Below are positions 9,724 through 19,746 of a DNA stretch of 64,000 bases, piece by piece (the first letter of the stretch is position 1; each line of letters opens with the position of its first letter). The translations under genes and the position numbers were made by a program. The notes under the pieces are model-generated. The model was not told where the DNA came from and ran no database searches. It saw only the letters and a list, made by a program, of their open reading frames with translations. Origin of the DNA: an uncultured Mycoplasmatota bacterium (GTDB taxonomy: Bacteria > Bacillota_I > Bacilli_A > RF39 > UBA660); NCBI GenBank assembly GCA_947574215.1, contig CANPIX010000003.1:15770-79769 (forward strand), written 5' to 3'.

Positions 9724-10812
9724 TTAATTTTCTATTTCTTTTATATTAGAATGCTGTTCTAACTCTTCTACGTTTACATTATTGATAGAATGAAAACGTT
9801 TGGTAATTTTATCAGTGGTAACATTGATTTCTTTTACATCTTTTGTAACGGTATCAATACTTCTTGACAATTTGTCCCAACGTTCTTTGTATCTAGCAAA
9901 TTCAAAAGACAATCTGTTTAGTTCTTCATGGATTACTTTCGTATATTTATCTCTTTCCATATTCTTTAAGATCATTCCAATTGTAGTTAAAGTACTCATT
10001 AATGTAGTAGGACTCGTTATCCACACTTTTTTGTTGTAGGCGTCTTTTATTAAGTCTACGTGATAAGCATTAAGTTCAGCAAATATAGCTTCTGCTGGTA
10101 AAAAAAGAATGGCTTCCCCTGCTGTTTCTCCAGGTACAATATATTTACTACTTATAGCATCAATGTGTTTTTTTACATCCATTTTAAATTGTTTGGTTGC
10201 TATTTCTCTTTGTTCTTTTGTTAAATTTCGATCGGTCATTCTTTGATAGTTTTCCAAAGGAAATTTGGAATCAATACAGATAGTTCCTAAAGGACTCGGT
10301 GCATAAAGAATTGCATCGGCAATAAAGCCATTCGAAAGTTTGTGTTGAATAGCATAAATGCCTTTTTGATTTTCTCCAAATACACTTGTTAAGATATAAT
10401 TTAAGTTTACTTCTCCAAAAATGCCTCTTGTTTTTTTATCCGTTAAAACACTTTGTAAAGAGACAATTTCCGTTGATAGTCCATCAATTTTCTTTTGAGC
10501 TTCGTCAATTTTAGACAAGCGTTCTAAAATACTTGTAAATGTCTTGTTGGATTTTTGAAAGTTTTCTTCTAATCTTTCGTTTACCTTTTCATTCATATAA
10601 TTGATTTTGTTTTGCATTTGCTCATTTAAATGTTCAAAATCTTTTCTTAGGTCATTAGAAAAACCAAGTTTAAACTCACCTATTTCTTTTGTAATGTTGG
10701 TTTCAAACCTTCCTAATCTTTCCGTTACTCCACTGTCTTCTTTTCCCTTTACTAAAATTAAAATAAGCAATAAAACAATAAAAATTAGGATACCTAAAAT
10801 TACATACTCCAT
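9724..10812 (-). CDS. rmuC: DNA recombination protein RmuC
   Basis: N-terminal TM helix, a long coiled-coil, and a C-terminal RmuC nuclease-like region (YIVPGETAGEAILFLPAEAIFAE). Confidence 0.65.
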   Translation of the reverse strand: MEYVILGILIFIVLLLILILVKGKEDSGVTERLGRFETNITKEIGEFKLGFSNDLRKDFEHLNEQMQNKINYMNEKVNERLEENFQKSNKTFTSILERLSKIDEAQKKIDGLSTEIVSLQSVLTDKKTRGIFGEVNLNYILTSVFGENQKGIYAIQHKLSNGFIADAILYAPSPLGTICIDSKFPLENYQRMTDRNLTKEQREIATKQFKMDVKKHIDAISSKYIVPGETAGEAILFLPAEAIFAELNAYHVDLIKDAYNKKVWITSPTTLMSTLTTIGMILKNMERDKYTKVIHEELNRLSFEFARYKERWDKLSRSIDTVTKDVKEINVTTDKITKRFHSINNVNVEELEQHSNIKEIEN

Positions 10813-10820
10813 ACAAACCT

Positions 10821-11414
10821 CTAATCCAATTCAAATTTTTTATTTATAAACTTACTTGTAATAAATGCAAGTAAAACTAATACAACTACTTTTAAAAAAG
10901 CAATAGGATGCGTTAGACTTTGTACTAGGCTTGTCCCAACAAATCCCCAAAACAAAACCAAAAATACTTTTCCGATGCATAAAGCTATTAAAAACTTTTT
11001 AAATGACATTTTTGATAATCCAGCTGCAATATTTACTAAAAAAGCGGGAGTAAATGGCACTGCAATAATAGAAGTTAATTGTTCCAATTTTACTTTGTTT
11101 ACTGTGTTCATGATTTTTTTTACTCTTGTTTTTTCTTTCATTTTTTTATCAAACCAATTCTTTATTTTTTTTCGAAATAAAAAGAAAGACATTAAACAAC
11201 CCAAAACGGTGAATAGCCAAGAGATAAGAAATCCAAAAATGTTTCCAAAAACCAAAAAATTAATTGTTATAAATACGAACAAAGGAAGAATGGGAACTAT
11301 AGATTCAATTAAAATACAAAAACAACCTAAAATAGGACCATAAATTCCAATATTTAATAAAAAAGTATTAATAATTCCATCTAAGTTTTTTATAAAATCC
11401 ATCATATGTATCAC
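10821..11414 (-). CDS. TVP38/TMEM64 (DedA-related) family membrane protein
   Basis: Polytopic protein with a VPFTPAFLVNIAAG-type motif. Confidence 0.5.
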   Translation of the reverse strand: MIHMMDFIKNLDGIINTFLLNIGIYGPILGCFCILIESIVPILPLFVFITINFLVFGNIFGFLISWLFTVLGCLMSFFLFRKKIKNWFDKKMKEKTRVKKIMNTVNKVKLEQLTSIIAVPFTPAFLVNIAAGLSKMSFKKFLIALCIGKVFLVLFWGFVGTSLVQSLTHPIAFLKVVVLVLLAFITSKFINKKFELD

Positions 11415-11566
11415 TTTTTTTATTATACCACATGAATAGGAAATTATTTTGATTAGATTCCTTTTTATGTTAAATTTATGAAAAGTTTTTTCTTTTATTA
11501 AATTGAACTTTTTTTCGAATGAGTTCCTCTTTTTGATTTATAGAATCTTCTTGAGTAGGCATTTCA

Positions 11567-12112
11567 TCATACATCAACGGAATCGATTTGGCCATTCTTC
11601 TTTCGATAGTAATAACCCAATTCTTTTCTCTTTCTAAAATAATTTATTTTTTGATCATCTAGAATATAAAGGATAGAGCTTCTGTCTTCTAAAGTAGGAC
11701 GTAAAGAAAAACGATTAACCATATTTTTATCTATTGGACGTTGTGCATATTTTTGAAAATCTTGTATTTTTCTTTGCTCTATATATTCTTCAAATTGAGA
11801 AAAAACCTCTAAAGCTTTGGAAGTAAAATAGATACTTAATTGATTTTCTTCCTCATTTTGTAATTTTAAGCCATAATATTCTTCCTTTTTTTTGTATGTA
11901 TCATAACCTACCGAAATCAGTTTTTTTTGTAAAAATTGTTGAAACAATCTTTCAAAAACACCTTTTGTAGTTTCGTTTGTTTTTTTATCTACCTCATAAC
12001 GAATTAGTTTTCTATTTTCTTTGGTAAAAAAACGAAAATAAAATGTGTCTGTGGAAATTAAACTATTTCCACTATGTTTACCAACTAATACAACCAATTC
12101 TTTTTTTTCCAT
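11567..12112 (-). CDS. Hypothetical protein
   Basis: ORF only. Confidence 0.35.
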   Translation of the reverse strand: MEKKELVVLVGKHSGNSLISTDTFYFRFFTKENRKLIRYEVDKKTNETTKGVFERLFQQFLQKKLISVGYDTYKKKEEYYGLKLQNEEENQLSIYFTSKALEVFSQFEEYIEQRKIQDFQKYAQRPIDKNMVNRFSLRPTLEDRSSILYILDDQKINYFRKRKELGYYYRKKNGQIDSVDV

Positions 12113-12191
12113 AGTAAAAGCCTCCCTTAAGCATTTTCTATATTTATTTTAATATACTTTTTCTTCTACGTCAATTTGGAGGCTTAATTTA

Positions 12192-12509
12192 TTATCTTTG
12201 TAAAGATTCGTTTGTACGCATCACTTGTGTTACATCGTATCCATAAAATTCTAAAATACTCACGACTTTACGACTATGAATCCCTTTTAAACACATAATA
12301 TAATATTTATTATTTTTATTTAACAATTCTTTATAATTTAATAGCAATTTTTGATAAGGTATATTGACACTTCCTGGATAAGGATTCTCTTTATATGTTA
12401 GTTCATCACTTACATCAATTAAAGTTCCCATGGTAGAGTTGTATACATTTAAATCTATTCTTTTCATTTGTTTCACCACTATATTATATGAAACTGTTAA
12501 AAAATACAA
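12192..12509 (-). CDS. Single-domain rhodanese (sulfurtransferase)
   Basis: Active-site loop IMCLKGIHSRK with a catalytic Cys. Probable start MKRIDLN. Confidence 0.55.
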   Translation of the reverse strand: MYFLTVSYNIVVKQMKRIDLNVYNSTMGTLIDVSDELTYKENPYPGSVNIPYQKLLLNYKELLNKNNKYYIMCLKGIHSRKVVSILEFYGYDVTQVMRTNESLQR

Positions 12510-12557
12510 AGGATATAAAACTAATTTTTTATTCTCTTATTTTTTAGTTATTTTATA

Positions 12558-12590
12558 AAAGAAAAAAAGCCTTTATTTTTTAAGGCTTCT
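12558..12590 (-). terminator. Rho-independent terminator ending the 24-kb minus-strand cluster
   Basis: Perfect 7-bp stem AAGCCTT/AAGGCTT with an 8-nt loop. A U-run follows on the minus-strand transcript, directly after the coupling-protein stop. Confidence 0.6.
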
Positions 12591-12597
12591 ATAAGTA

Positions 12598-14850
12598 TTA
12601 CTCATCACTAAAAAAATCATCAAAGAATTCATCGTCTGTAATAATATTATCATCAACAATCACACTATCTACATCTACATTAATTTTGGGTTTATCAGGA
12701 AGTTTATTATCTTCTTTCTTTTGATTCTTTTTTTGCGTTGTTTTCTTGGGAGAATTTACATTTTGTACCTTAGATACAGGTGCTTCTTTTTTTGCTTCTT
12801 TTGTTTCTTTACTTTTTTCTTGTTGTTTAGATTCTTCTAGTTCTTTCTTTTGTCTTTCCTCTTCTTCATCAAGTTCTTTTAATTTTTTATCAATATCCGC
12901 AATCATTTTATCTATATCTTCATTTGTCATAGGAGTGTCTTTTAAAAATGGATTTGAAGATTTGAAAGGATCCATGCCATTCATATCTTTCATAAAAGGA
13001 TTAGACCCACCAAAGGGAGACATTCCATTCATATTTGGCATTCCACTTGAGTTACCGAAAGGAGACATTCCAGGAAGTCCCATATTAAGGTTGTCTTTAT
13101 TATTTTCCATATCTTCCAACATTTTTTTACGTTTTTCTTCTGAAACAAATTTTTTTACATCAAACAAAGAAATGTTTTTTTCTTTACGAGAAGGAAGTTC
13201 GGCTTTTTTTCGTTCGATTCCCCAATCCATTTTAAAATCAGGCTCTAATTTTGTTTTAAATGGATATTTACGTAAACGTATAATTATAGCTTCAAATAAT
13301 TTTAATTTTTGTAAATCAGTTACCGTTACAAGTGGTGTGGATGCCGTCTTGTCCTTTTCTTTTGATTTTACTTCTCCACACATTTTACTGATTTCTTCTA
13401 AGGCAGCCATTTCTGTACTAATCAAATAAATCCAATTTCCACAGTTTCCTTTAATAACTTCAGCAACTTCTTTTCCATATACATCATTTAACTGCGCAAA
13501 GTTTTGGATAATGAATGTAAAACGTATATCACGACTACGAGCAGCGGAAACCATGCTGTCTACATCTTTTAAAGGTGGCATATTGGCAAATTCGTCTAAG
13601 ATAAAATTGGTTCGAAATTGTAATTTTCCTCCATTTTCTTTAGCCACATCAATTAAAGTTTCGTAACATTGCTTAATAAAGATGGTTAACAAACTGTGGT
13701 ACGTGGTTTTTTCATCGTGAATAATCATAAAGACTGCTGTTTTTTCTTTACCAATATCACGCATATCGAAATCGCTATACGAAAGCATTTCACTTAATAT
13801 CTCTCGAGAAGCAAAAGTACGAATCTTTTGGCGGAATGTAGAAGTAATTCCACCAGCTGTATCTTTGGGAGCGTTAATTGTTCCGGATGCAAAAATATAG
13901 GCGCTTGAATCTTGTCCTTTTAAGTTAAAGTATTCTTTAATATAAGTACTAGCAGCAAAACGTTCTTCTCCCACACTACTCATATAATTAATGGAATTCA
14001 TGTTGACTTCTTCTTCTTTGGCATCCATAAATAACCCTAAAGCAAGACCTGAGAAGTAATCAGCAGCACTGTTTTCCCAAAAAGGTTCACTTTTATTATT
14101 GGGATCTCTTATAATATTTAAAGCGACATCGTCTAATAATTCTGTTGATTTATCAACATTACCATTTTGATAATTTTGATAAGGTAATGTAAGAGGATTC
14201 CAAGCGTTTCCATTTTTTGGATCCCTAAAGTTTAAAACAATGATCTTATACCCTTGTTCTTTTAAATATTCTGCACTATATTCGTAAATTTCTCCTTTAG
14301 GATCAGTAATAATCATAGATTCCCCTTTTTTGGACAATAAATTAATCATAGGTTTTACAACAGTTTGGGTTTTTCCAGAACCTGTAGATCCTATAACTAA
14401 GTTATGATATTCTCCATTGTCAACCCAAATGTCTTTTCCGTTATTTATTAGAGGAATTCCTGCTGCGTTTACTTTTTTTTCACTTGCTAGTACATGCTCG
14501 ATATTTTTATCTTCTTTAATTTCATTGTCTTTGCTCCATCTTGAATAACCCTTTTCTTCTTTTTCCTTTAGCGTTATTCCAATTCCATGTCCTTTTTCTC
14601 GATCAAAAATATAAGAAGATACAGAAGTAAATATAATAATCAAAGCAGTAAAAAACATAAGCATGGTAAGAATTAAATTATCTCCAACAAAGGCTGGAAA
14701 TGGATTTAAGCCAAAAAATTCGCCTTCGTTAAAAAACGAGGTGAAATTTAATACCGCTATTGCACATAAATACAACAAAAAGATACAAAAGATTAGAAAC
14801 ATAACGAAATCTTTTGATGACACTCTAAATTTCATAAAACATACCTCCAA
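12598..14850 (-). CDS. Type IV coupling protein, TraG/VirD4 family
   Basis: N-terminal TM helices. Walker A GSTGSGKT within LVIGSTGSGKTQTVVKPMINLLSKKGESMIITDPKGE, the TraG/TrwB signature. The C-terminus carries M/P/F/G-rich PFG repeats, a K/E coiled-coil and an acidic tail DDEFFDDFFSDE. Confidence 0.75.
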   Translation of the reverse strand: MEVCFMKFRVSSKDFVMFLIFCIFLLYLCAIAVLNFTSFFNEGEFFGLNPFPAFVGDNLILTMLMFFTALIIIFTSVSSYIFDREKGHGIGITLKEKEEKGYSRWSKDNEIKEDKNIEHVLASEKKVNAAGIPLINNGKDIWVDNGEYHNLVIGSTGSGKTQTVVKPMINLLSKKGESMIITDPKGEIYEYSAEYLKEQGYKIIVLNFRDPKNGNAWNPLTLPYQNYQNGNVDKSTELLDDVALNIIRDPNNKSEPFWENSAADYFSGLALGLFMDAKEEEVNMNSINYMSSVGEERFAASTYIKEYFNLKGQDSSAYIFASGTINAPKDTAGGITSTFRQKIRTFASREILSEMLSYSDFDMRDIGKEKTAVFMIIHDEKTTYHSLLTIFIKQCYETLIDVAKENGGKLQFRTNFILDEFANMPPLKDVDSMVSAARSRDIRFTFIIQNFAQLNDVYGKEVAEVIKGNCGNWIYLISTEMAALEEISKMCGEVKSKEKDKTASTPLVTVTDLQKLKLFEAIIIRLRKYPFKTKLEPDFKMDWGIERKKAELPSRKEKNISLFDVKKFVSEEKRKKMLEDMENNKDNLNMGLPGMSPFGNSSGMPNMNGMSPFGGSNPFMKDMNGMDPFKSSNPFLKDTPMTNEDIDKMIADIDKKLKELDEEEERQKKELEESKQQEKSKETKEAKKEAPVSKVQNVNSPKKTTQKKNQKKEDNKLPDKPKINVDVDSVIVDDNIITDDEFFDDFFSDE

Positions 14851-14911
14851 TAAGTAAACTTGTACTTCAATTTCTTTCTTATTTTACTATACTATTTTCG
14901 TTTTCGCAATT

Positions 14912-15703
14912 CTAATTTATTCCTTTAACAATGCTTTGCATATTATTTTTATCACAATTATATATATAAGTTGTTGGAACACCTACATTACTAAAATAGC
15001 CTTTTAAAAGAATTAAAAAATCTTCTTTTTGATTAAAAATATTTATAATTCCTTTTATTTTATAAGTAGGAACTTGATAGTTTTCATTTTTATTATAAAT
15101 ATCTAAATGTATAATCGATGATTTATTATTAATTACACTTATAACGATTGAAAACAGTTTTTCATCTTTCGTTTCATCGTTTAAATTAGAAGCCAATAAA
15201 ATCTTTTCATTTTTTCCATTTTTATTGAAATCGTATTCTAAAACTTCGTTTTGCTCTAAATTTGAATAAAAATCTATATTATTTTCTTTTAAATATTTTT
15301 CTAAAATAGTTAACTCTTCTGTGTTTAATTTTCGAATATTAAAATTTTGAACCTTTAAATCCAATGATTTGCTTCCAGCAATAAAATTTTCAGAAATATT
15401 TACCCAATTGTTATAATTATCAAAAAAATTCCATTTGTTAATATATTTTATTTTATAGTTCCCTCTATGATTAAAGCTTTCAAAAACAGTAAAGTTATCT
15501 ATTGAATCTTTTTCATTAATTTTTTCTTTTTCAATTGATTTACATTCTTTTTTATCACAGCGATAAGAGGATATATTCGATAATAATAAATATCCCTCTT
15601 TCTTATCTTTTTTTAATACTGTTAAAGCTATACAACCTATCAAAAAAAGTACTAAAATCACCCAAAATGCTGGCATTTTTACTAATTCTTTTATTTTATT
15701 CAT
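14912..15703 (-). CDS. Membrane-anchored extracytoplasmic protein, possible VirB8-like channel component
   Basis: N-terminal TM helix plus a roughly 220-aa extracellular domain. Size and position between the hydrolase and the coupling protein fit TcpC/VirB8-like proteins. No diagnostic motif. Confidence 0.3.
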   Translation of the reverse strand: MNKIKELVKMPAFWVILVLFLIGCIALTVLKKDKKEGYLLLSNISSYRCDKKECKSIEKEKINEKDSIDNFTVFESFNHRGNYKIKYINKWNFFDNYNNWVNISENFIAGSKSLDLKVQNFNIRKLNTEELTILEKYLKENNIDFYSNLEQNEVLEYDFNKNGKNEKILLASNLNDETKDEKLFSIVISVINNKSSIIHLDIYNKNENYQVPTYKIKGIINIFNQKEDFLILLKGYFSNVGVPTTYIYNCDKNNMQSIVKGIN

Positions 15704-15712
15704 TTGTTCTCC

Positions 15713-17938
15713 TTAATATTTATACATTACATATCCTACTAAATCGTCAGCACTGTAAGTATTTATTTTACCGTTTCCTGGATCATATACAGTAAAATTA
15801 CTACCTGACATCGATTTTAAAACAACATAATGTCCACTTAAATGCTGTTCATTTTTAAAGTGTAAAAGAATGCTTGTATTAACGTCTATATTCGATTGTA
15901 TTTCACCGATCTTTTGACTGGTATCCCAATCCGTCATTCTTATTTGTTTAATAAATCTAAATGAAGGGGCAAAGGAAGAAATAGCACTATTATTCCAATA
16001 AATACGTGCACCATCAAAACCTCCACTTGCATTCATTTTCTGTACAAGAGTCCCCGGATTAAATGAAGCCACATTATTGATTTGAACTCCAGAACATGAT
16101 ATCGCGATTGCAACAGACGTTACAGCACACCCTGAAGAACTTATATCTTGTGAAGAAGAGCCAAGTTTTATATTCCCCCATCTTTGGTCGCCTTGTCTAT
16201 AAATAGTACACGCTCCTTGTCCAGGTTCACCAATTTCTGCTGATGGTACACAAATATCTGCATCTAAGCCGAATATTTTTTTTCGAGCACTTACCATAGA
16301 TTGAGATTGAAAAACCAAATATGCTTGTTTATCCTCATCAGTTGTAGGAACACAGTCATCACCACCCGCAGTAGTACAAACCTTTCCAGAGGCACAAGCA
16401 TTTCTTACACGATCAGGAATGTTATTTCCATAAATTGCACTAGCGTATACACATCCACCTACTCCCCAACTCCCAGGGTTATACCAGTAATCTCCTAAAT
16501 AAGCATATTTCCCCATTAAATCTGTTAATGAGTCATATTTTGATATAAAACTTAAAAATCCAGCGACCCCATCTGATAAACTACTATAGGAAATACAAGC
16601 ATCATAGCCTCCTGTGTTTGTACATCCTAACCCCCAATAATTATTTTTAGAAGGTCCTGGAGAATAACCTTCAACATCTGCTCTAACAAAAACAAGTTCT
16701 GGATTTATACCATTTGATGTTGCCATATCATAAATCATTCCTGCACTGTCAGCTAAAATTTTTGCATTTCCACTAGTTCCATAGTTTTCTGCCCATTGAA
16801 TAAATTCCTCTCTTGATAAAGTTGTACTAGACATTGAAATTGGACTACAACCACTAAAATTATAATCATACAAGAATGATGAATCTATTGTGTAGTACTC
16901 AATATCTCTTCCATAATAATATTCTAATATGCGATACAAATCATATTGAGTGTCTACTTGTTCAAGCAAATATTTAGCACCATACAAGCTCATTGATTCT
17001 AATTTTTCGATTTTCTCTTTTTTCAATTTTAAAATTATTTTTCCTTTTTTGGCTTCTAAATTATCTACCCAATCGGCTGGAATAACTTGTTGTCTTTCTT
17101 CATTTTTATGTGTCATTTGATAGTAATATTTATTTTTAAAATTTTCATCTTCTTCTTTTCTTTTTGATATATATGTAAATGCATCATATTTTGCAGAAAT
17201 AGGTTTTTGATTTTGTCCTATTATAATTCCTTTGGTTAGTCTAACCGCATCGTTTATTTCAGTATACTTTTCTTCATCACCAGTAAGTTCTATAAAGCTT
17301 TTTGCTTGGTCATTATAATTTTTTAATACTACACAGGTATCAGGAAGATTGGCAATTAAACGACTTCTAGCAGCAATTGCCATAGCTTGATAAACGATTT
17401 CGTTATCTACATCCAATGCATTACGATTATCCGTCCAAATAATTCCTGCAATGTATGTGTCATAATCGTATTCTTTATAAGAATAACGTTTCCCAAACTC
17501 ATCTTCTTCTTCTAAATCTACAACTAAAGCTGGATCTGCCAAAGGTAGATATTCAGGTTCTTTTTTTTGGCGAGCTTTTGTATAAGCTGCATTTTCCCAT
17601 GTTAAAAAAACTTTTCCGCATATTGGCGCTTGATAATATTTTGGATTCGTATTTCCTGTACCTTTTATATCTATATCCATATGAAAATTTACAAAAGCAA
17701 CAAAAAGAAGAAGTGCAATCCCTATTATACTTCCAATTGCTACTCCTTTTAATAATTTAGAAAAATCATCTTTATTAATTGTAGCTTTTGCATCTTTAAC
17801 AGAACCATTTGCATTTTCTATTTCTTTTTTTTCAATTTCTTCTTGTAGTTGATTTTCTAATTCATTTTCTTTAGCTTCTTTAAGAATTTTTTCTTTTACA
17901 TTTTGGTTATTGTTTTCTTCTCCATGTTCATTATTCAA
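15713..17938 (-). CDS. Multi-domain cell-wall hydrolase of the secretion apparatus (VirB1/CwlT functional analogue)
   Basis: Charged N-terminal tail, one TM helix, a central Gly/Cys-rich glycosidase-like region, and a C-terminal C39-like/CHAP-like peptidase motif (QGDQRW...SGCAVTSVAIA...GHYVVL). Confidence 0.55.
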   Translation of the reverse strand: MNNEHGEENNNQNVKEKILKEAKENELENQLQEEIEKKEIENANGSVKDAKATINKDDFSKLLKGVAIGSIIGIALLLFVAFVNFHMDIDIKGTGNTNPKYYQAPICGKVFLTWENAAYTKARQKKEPEYLPLADPALVVDLEEEDEFGKRYSYKEYDYDTYIAGIIWTDNRNALDVDNEIVYQAMAIAARSRLIANLPDTCVVLKNYNDQAKSFIELTGDEEKYTEINDAVRLTKGIIIGQNQKPISAKYDAFTYISKRKEEDENFKNKYYYQMTHKNEERQQVIPADWVDNLEAKKGKIILKLKKEKIEKLESMSLYGAKYLLEQVDTQYDLYRILEYYYGRDIEYYTIDSSFLYDYNFSGCSPISMSSTTLSREEFIQWAENYGTSGNAKILADSAGMIYDMATSNGINPELVFVRADVEGYSPGPSKNNYWGLGCTNTGGYDACISYSSLSDGVAGFLSFISKYDSLTDLMGKYAYLGDYWYNPGSWGVGGCVYASAIYGNNIPDRVRNACASGKVCTTAGGDDCVPTTDEDKQAYLVFQSQSMVSARKKIFGLDADICVPSAEIGEPGQGACTIYRQGDQRWGNIKLGSSSQDISSSGCAVTSVAIAISCSGVQINNVASFNPGTLVQKMNASGGFDGARIYWNNSAISSFAPSFRFIKQIRMTDWDTSQKIGEIQSNIDVNTSILLHFKNEQHLSGHYVVLKSMSGSNFTVYDPGNGKINTYSADDLVGYVMYKY

Positions 17939-17961
17939 TGGTAATCACCTACTAACTTTTA

Positions 17962-19746
17962 TTACAGTCCTCCTCCTGAACCAAATGAATCCAATTCCTC
18001 TTGAGTTACTATAACATTAATCCGCATTCTCCTATTACCACATATAAACAGTCCTTCCCCTTGATTGTAATATTTAATACTTTCCATTTCGGCTTCATTT
18101 AAATCAATTAATTTTCCTAAATCTTCAGTGGCTTGCTTACGAAGTCCCATAATTAAATAATAAGAGGCATTATCAAAAATTGCTTTTCCATGTACAAGAA
18201 CATTTGGTGCTGCAAAGTCTGTTGGCTGTTGGGTAATAATAATAGTACCTGTATTGTATTTACGACTACGTCTTTGTATTTGGGCTAAAAATTCTGCTCC
18301 TAATTCATTACGTGTTGATAAAAGGACATGAGCTTCATCTACACACATGACAGTATCTAAATCTTTATCCAAACACAATCCCCATGCGTATTTTAAAATA
18401 TTAAAGAACAAAGCATTTTTAATATTTTCATCACTATTCATAAGTTCACGAATATTAAATACTATGAAATCGCTTTCAATACTTAATGTAGTATGCCCTG
18501 TAAAATAGTATTTCAATTCTTTAACAAGTGGTCTTACTTTTAATTCTAAGCGTTCCATAACGTCTTTTTCATGCGTTTTATCTGGCATGGAAAGTAGTCT
18601 ACCTTTAATCGTTGCATAAACATCATCAAATGTTGGATAATCGTTAGCCGTTAATTTTGTAAAATCGGTATCATAATCAATTTTGTAACGTTTGTATGTA
18701 TCTTGTACTACTTCACTAAACATCGTTAATACATCTTCTTCAATAGAAGGAGAGTAATACTTCATAAATGCTTTTAATTGCTGTAAAGTTCTGGTTAGAA
18801 CTGTATAACCAAGGCCACTCTCAATTTCTTCTTCATCGGCATCCACAACAATTTCAAGCGGATTAATCATTCCAAATTCTCCACCTTTACCAAGGTCTAA
18901 GAAATCGCCACCAATATTTTTGGTCATTTCAGCAAGTTCGCCTTCTGGATCGATACAAACAACTTTATAATTATTTCGCAAATGACCACGAACAAGTAAT
19001 TTTGCTGCAGTTGATTTTCCACTTCCACTGGTTCCTAAAATAATCATATTGGCATTGTTACGATTGTTCTCTTTTTTTATTTTATAAAGAAATTGATTAA
19101 ATAAAACAACTCCACCAGAGAAATCTACACCAAATAAAATACTATTCCCTGGATCCTTAATACTATCAAAAATAAATGGATACATAGCGGCAACAGTGAT
19201 AGATGGAATCGGAGTTCCAACTCGATTTTCCACATCTTGTTTTGGAAAAATTGGTAAAATGGATTTTAATACTTTCTCTTGTTCGAACATCATAGGAATT
19301 CCACGCATTCCCATACCTTCTAAATAATTTCGAACTTGCATTTTTTTCATTTCTAATTCTTCTTTATTATCTGCAGAGATGAATAAATGCATTTGAAAAT
19401 CAAAAATTCTTGCTTGAGTTGCGGCAAGCATTTGAATAAATTGTTCTAATGATTCATAATCCTGACGAATTCGTTCTTGAAATGTTTTATCATTTTCTGT
19501 TTGGTATCTTTGCTTTAAATCAGCAATCTCTTTGTTTAACATTTTTTGCAAAGTTGAAAAAGCTATAGGAATATGCTTAATAGCTACTTTTACACCAGAA
19601 ATATTTGTAATATTTGCTAAATATCCCTCTGAAATATATTTAGGAAATGTTACAATCGTTAAAATAGTGCAATATTTTCCACTTATCAACATTTCCGTAG
19701 GTTTAAATTCTATTCCTTTTGGAGCTAATTGTGCTTTTATATTCAT
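17962..19746 (-). CDS. VirB4/TrsE-family type IV secretion ATPase (short form, 594 aa)
   Basis: Gram-positive VirB4 N-terminal YCTILTIVTFP motif. Walker A GTSGSGKST, Walker B MCVDEAHVLL and the RRSRKYNTGTIIITQ motif. Confidence 0.75.
   Translation of the reverse strand: MNIKAQLAPKGIEFKPTEMLISGKYCTILTIVTFPKYISEGYLANITNISGVKVAIKHIPIAFSTLQKMLNKEIADLKQRYQTENDKTFQERIRQDYESLEQFIQMLAATQARIFDFQMHLFISADNKEELEMKKMQVRNYLEGMGMRGIPMMFEQEKVLKSILPIFPKQDVENRVGTPIPSITVAAMYPFIFDSIKDPGNSILFGVDFSGGVVLFNQFLYKIKKENNRNNANMIILGTSGSGKSTAAKLLVRGHLRNNYKVVCIDPEGELAEMTKNIGGDFLDLGKGGEFGMINPLEIVVDADEEEIESGLGYTVLTRTLQQLKAFMKYYSPSIEEDVLTMFSEVVQDTYKRYKIDYDTDFTKLTANDYPTFDDVYATIKGRLLSMPDKTHEKDVMERLELKVRPLVKELKYYFTGHTTLSIESDFIVFNIRELMNSDENIKNALFFNILKYAWGLCLDKDLDTVMCVDEAHVLLSTRNELGAEFLAQIQRRSRKYNTGTIIITQQPTDFAAPNVLVHGKAIFDNASYYLIMGLRKQATEDLGKLIDLNEAEMESIKYYNQGEGLFICGNRRMRINVIVTQEELDSFGSGGGL

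Noticed and set aside
12746-13429. 227-aa plus-strand ORF rich in Ser/Phe inside the coupling-protein gene
   Set aside because: Antisense to the strongly supported TraG/VirD4 CDS. Low-complexity translation typical of the AT-rich reverse frame.
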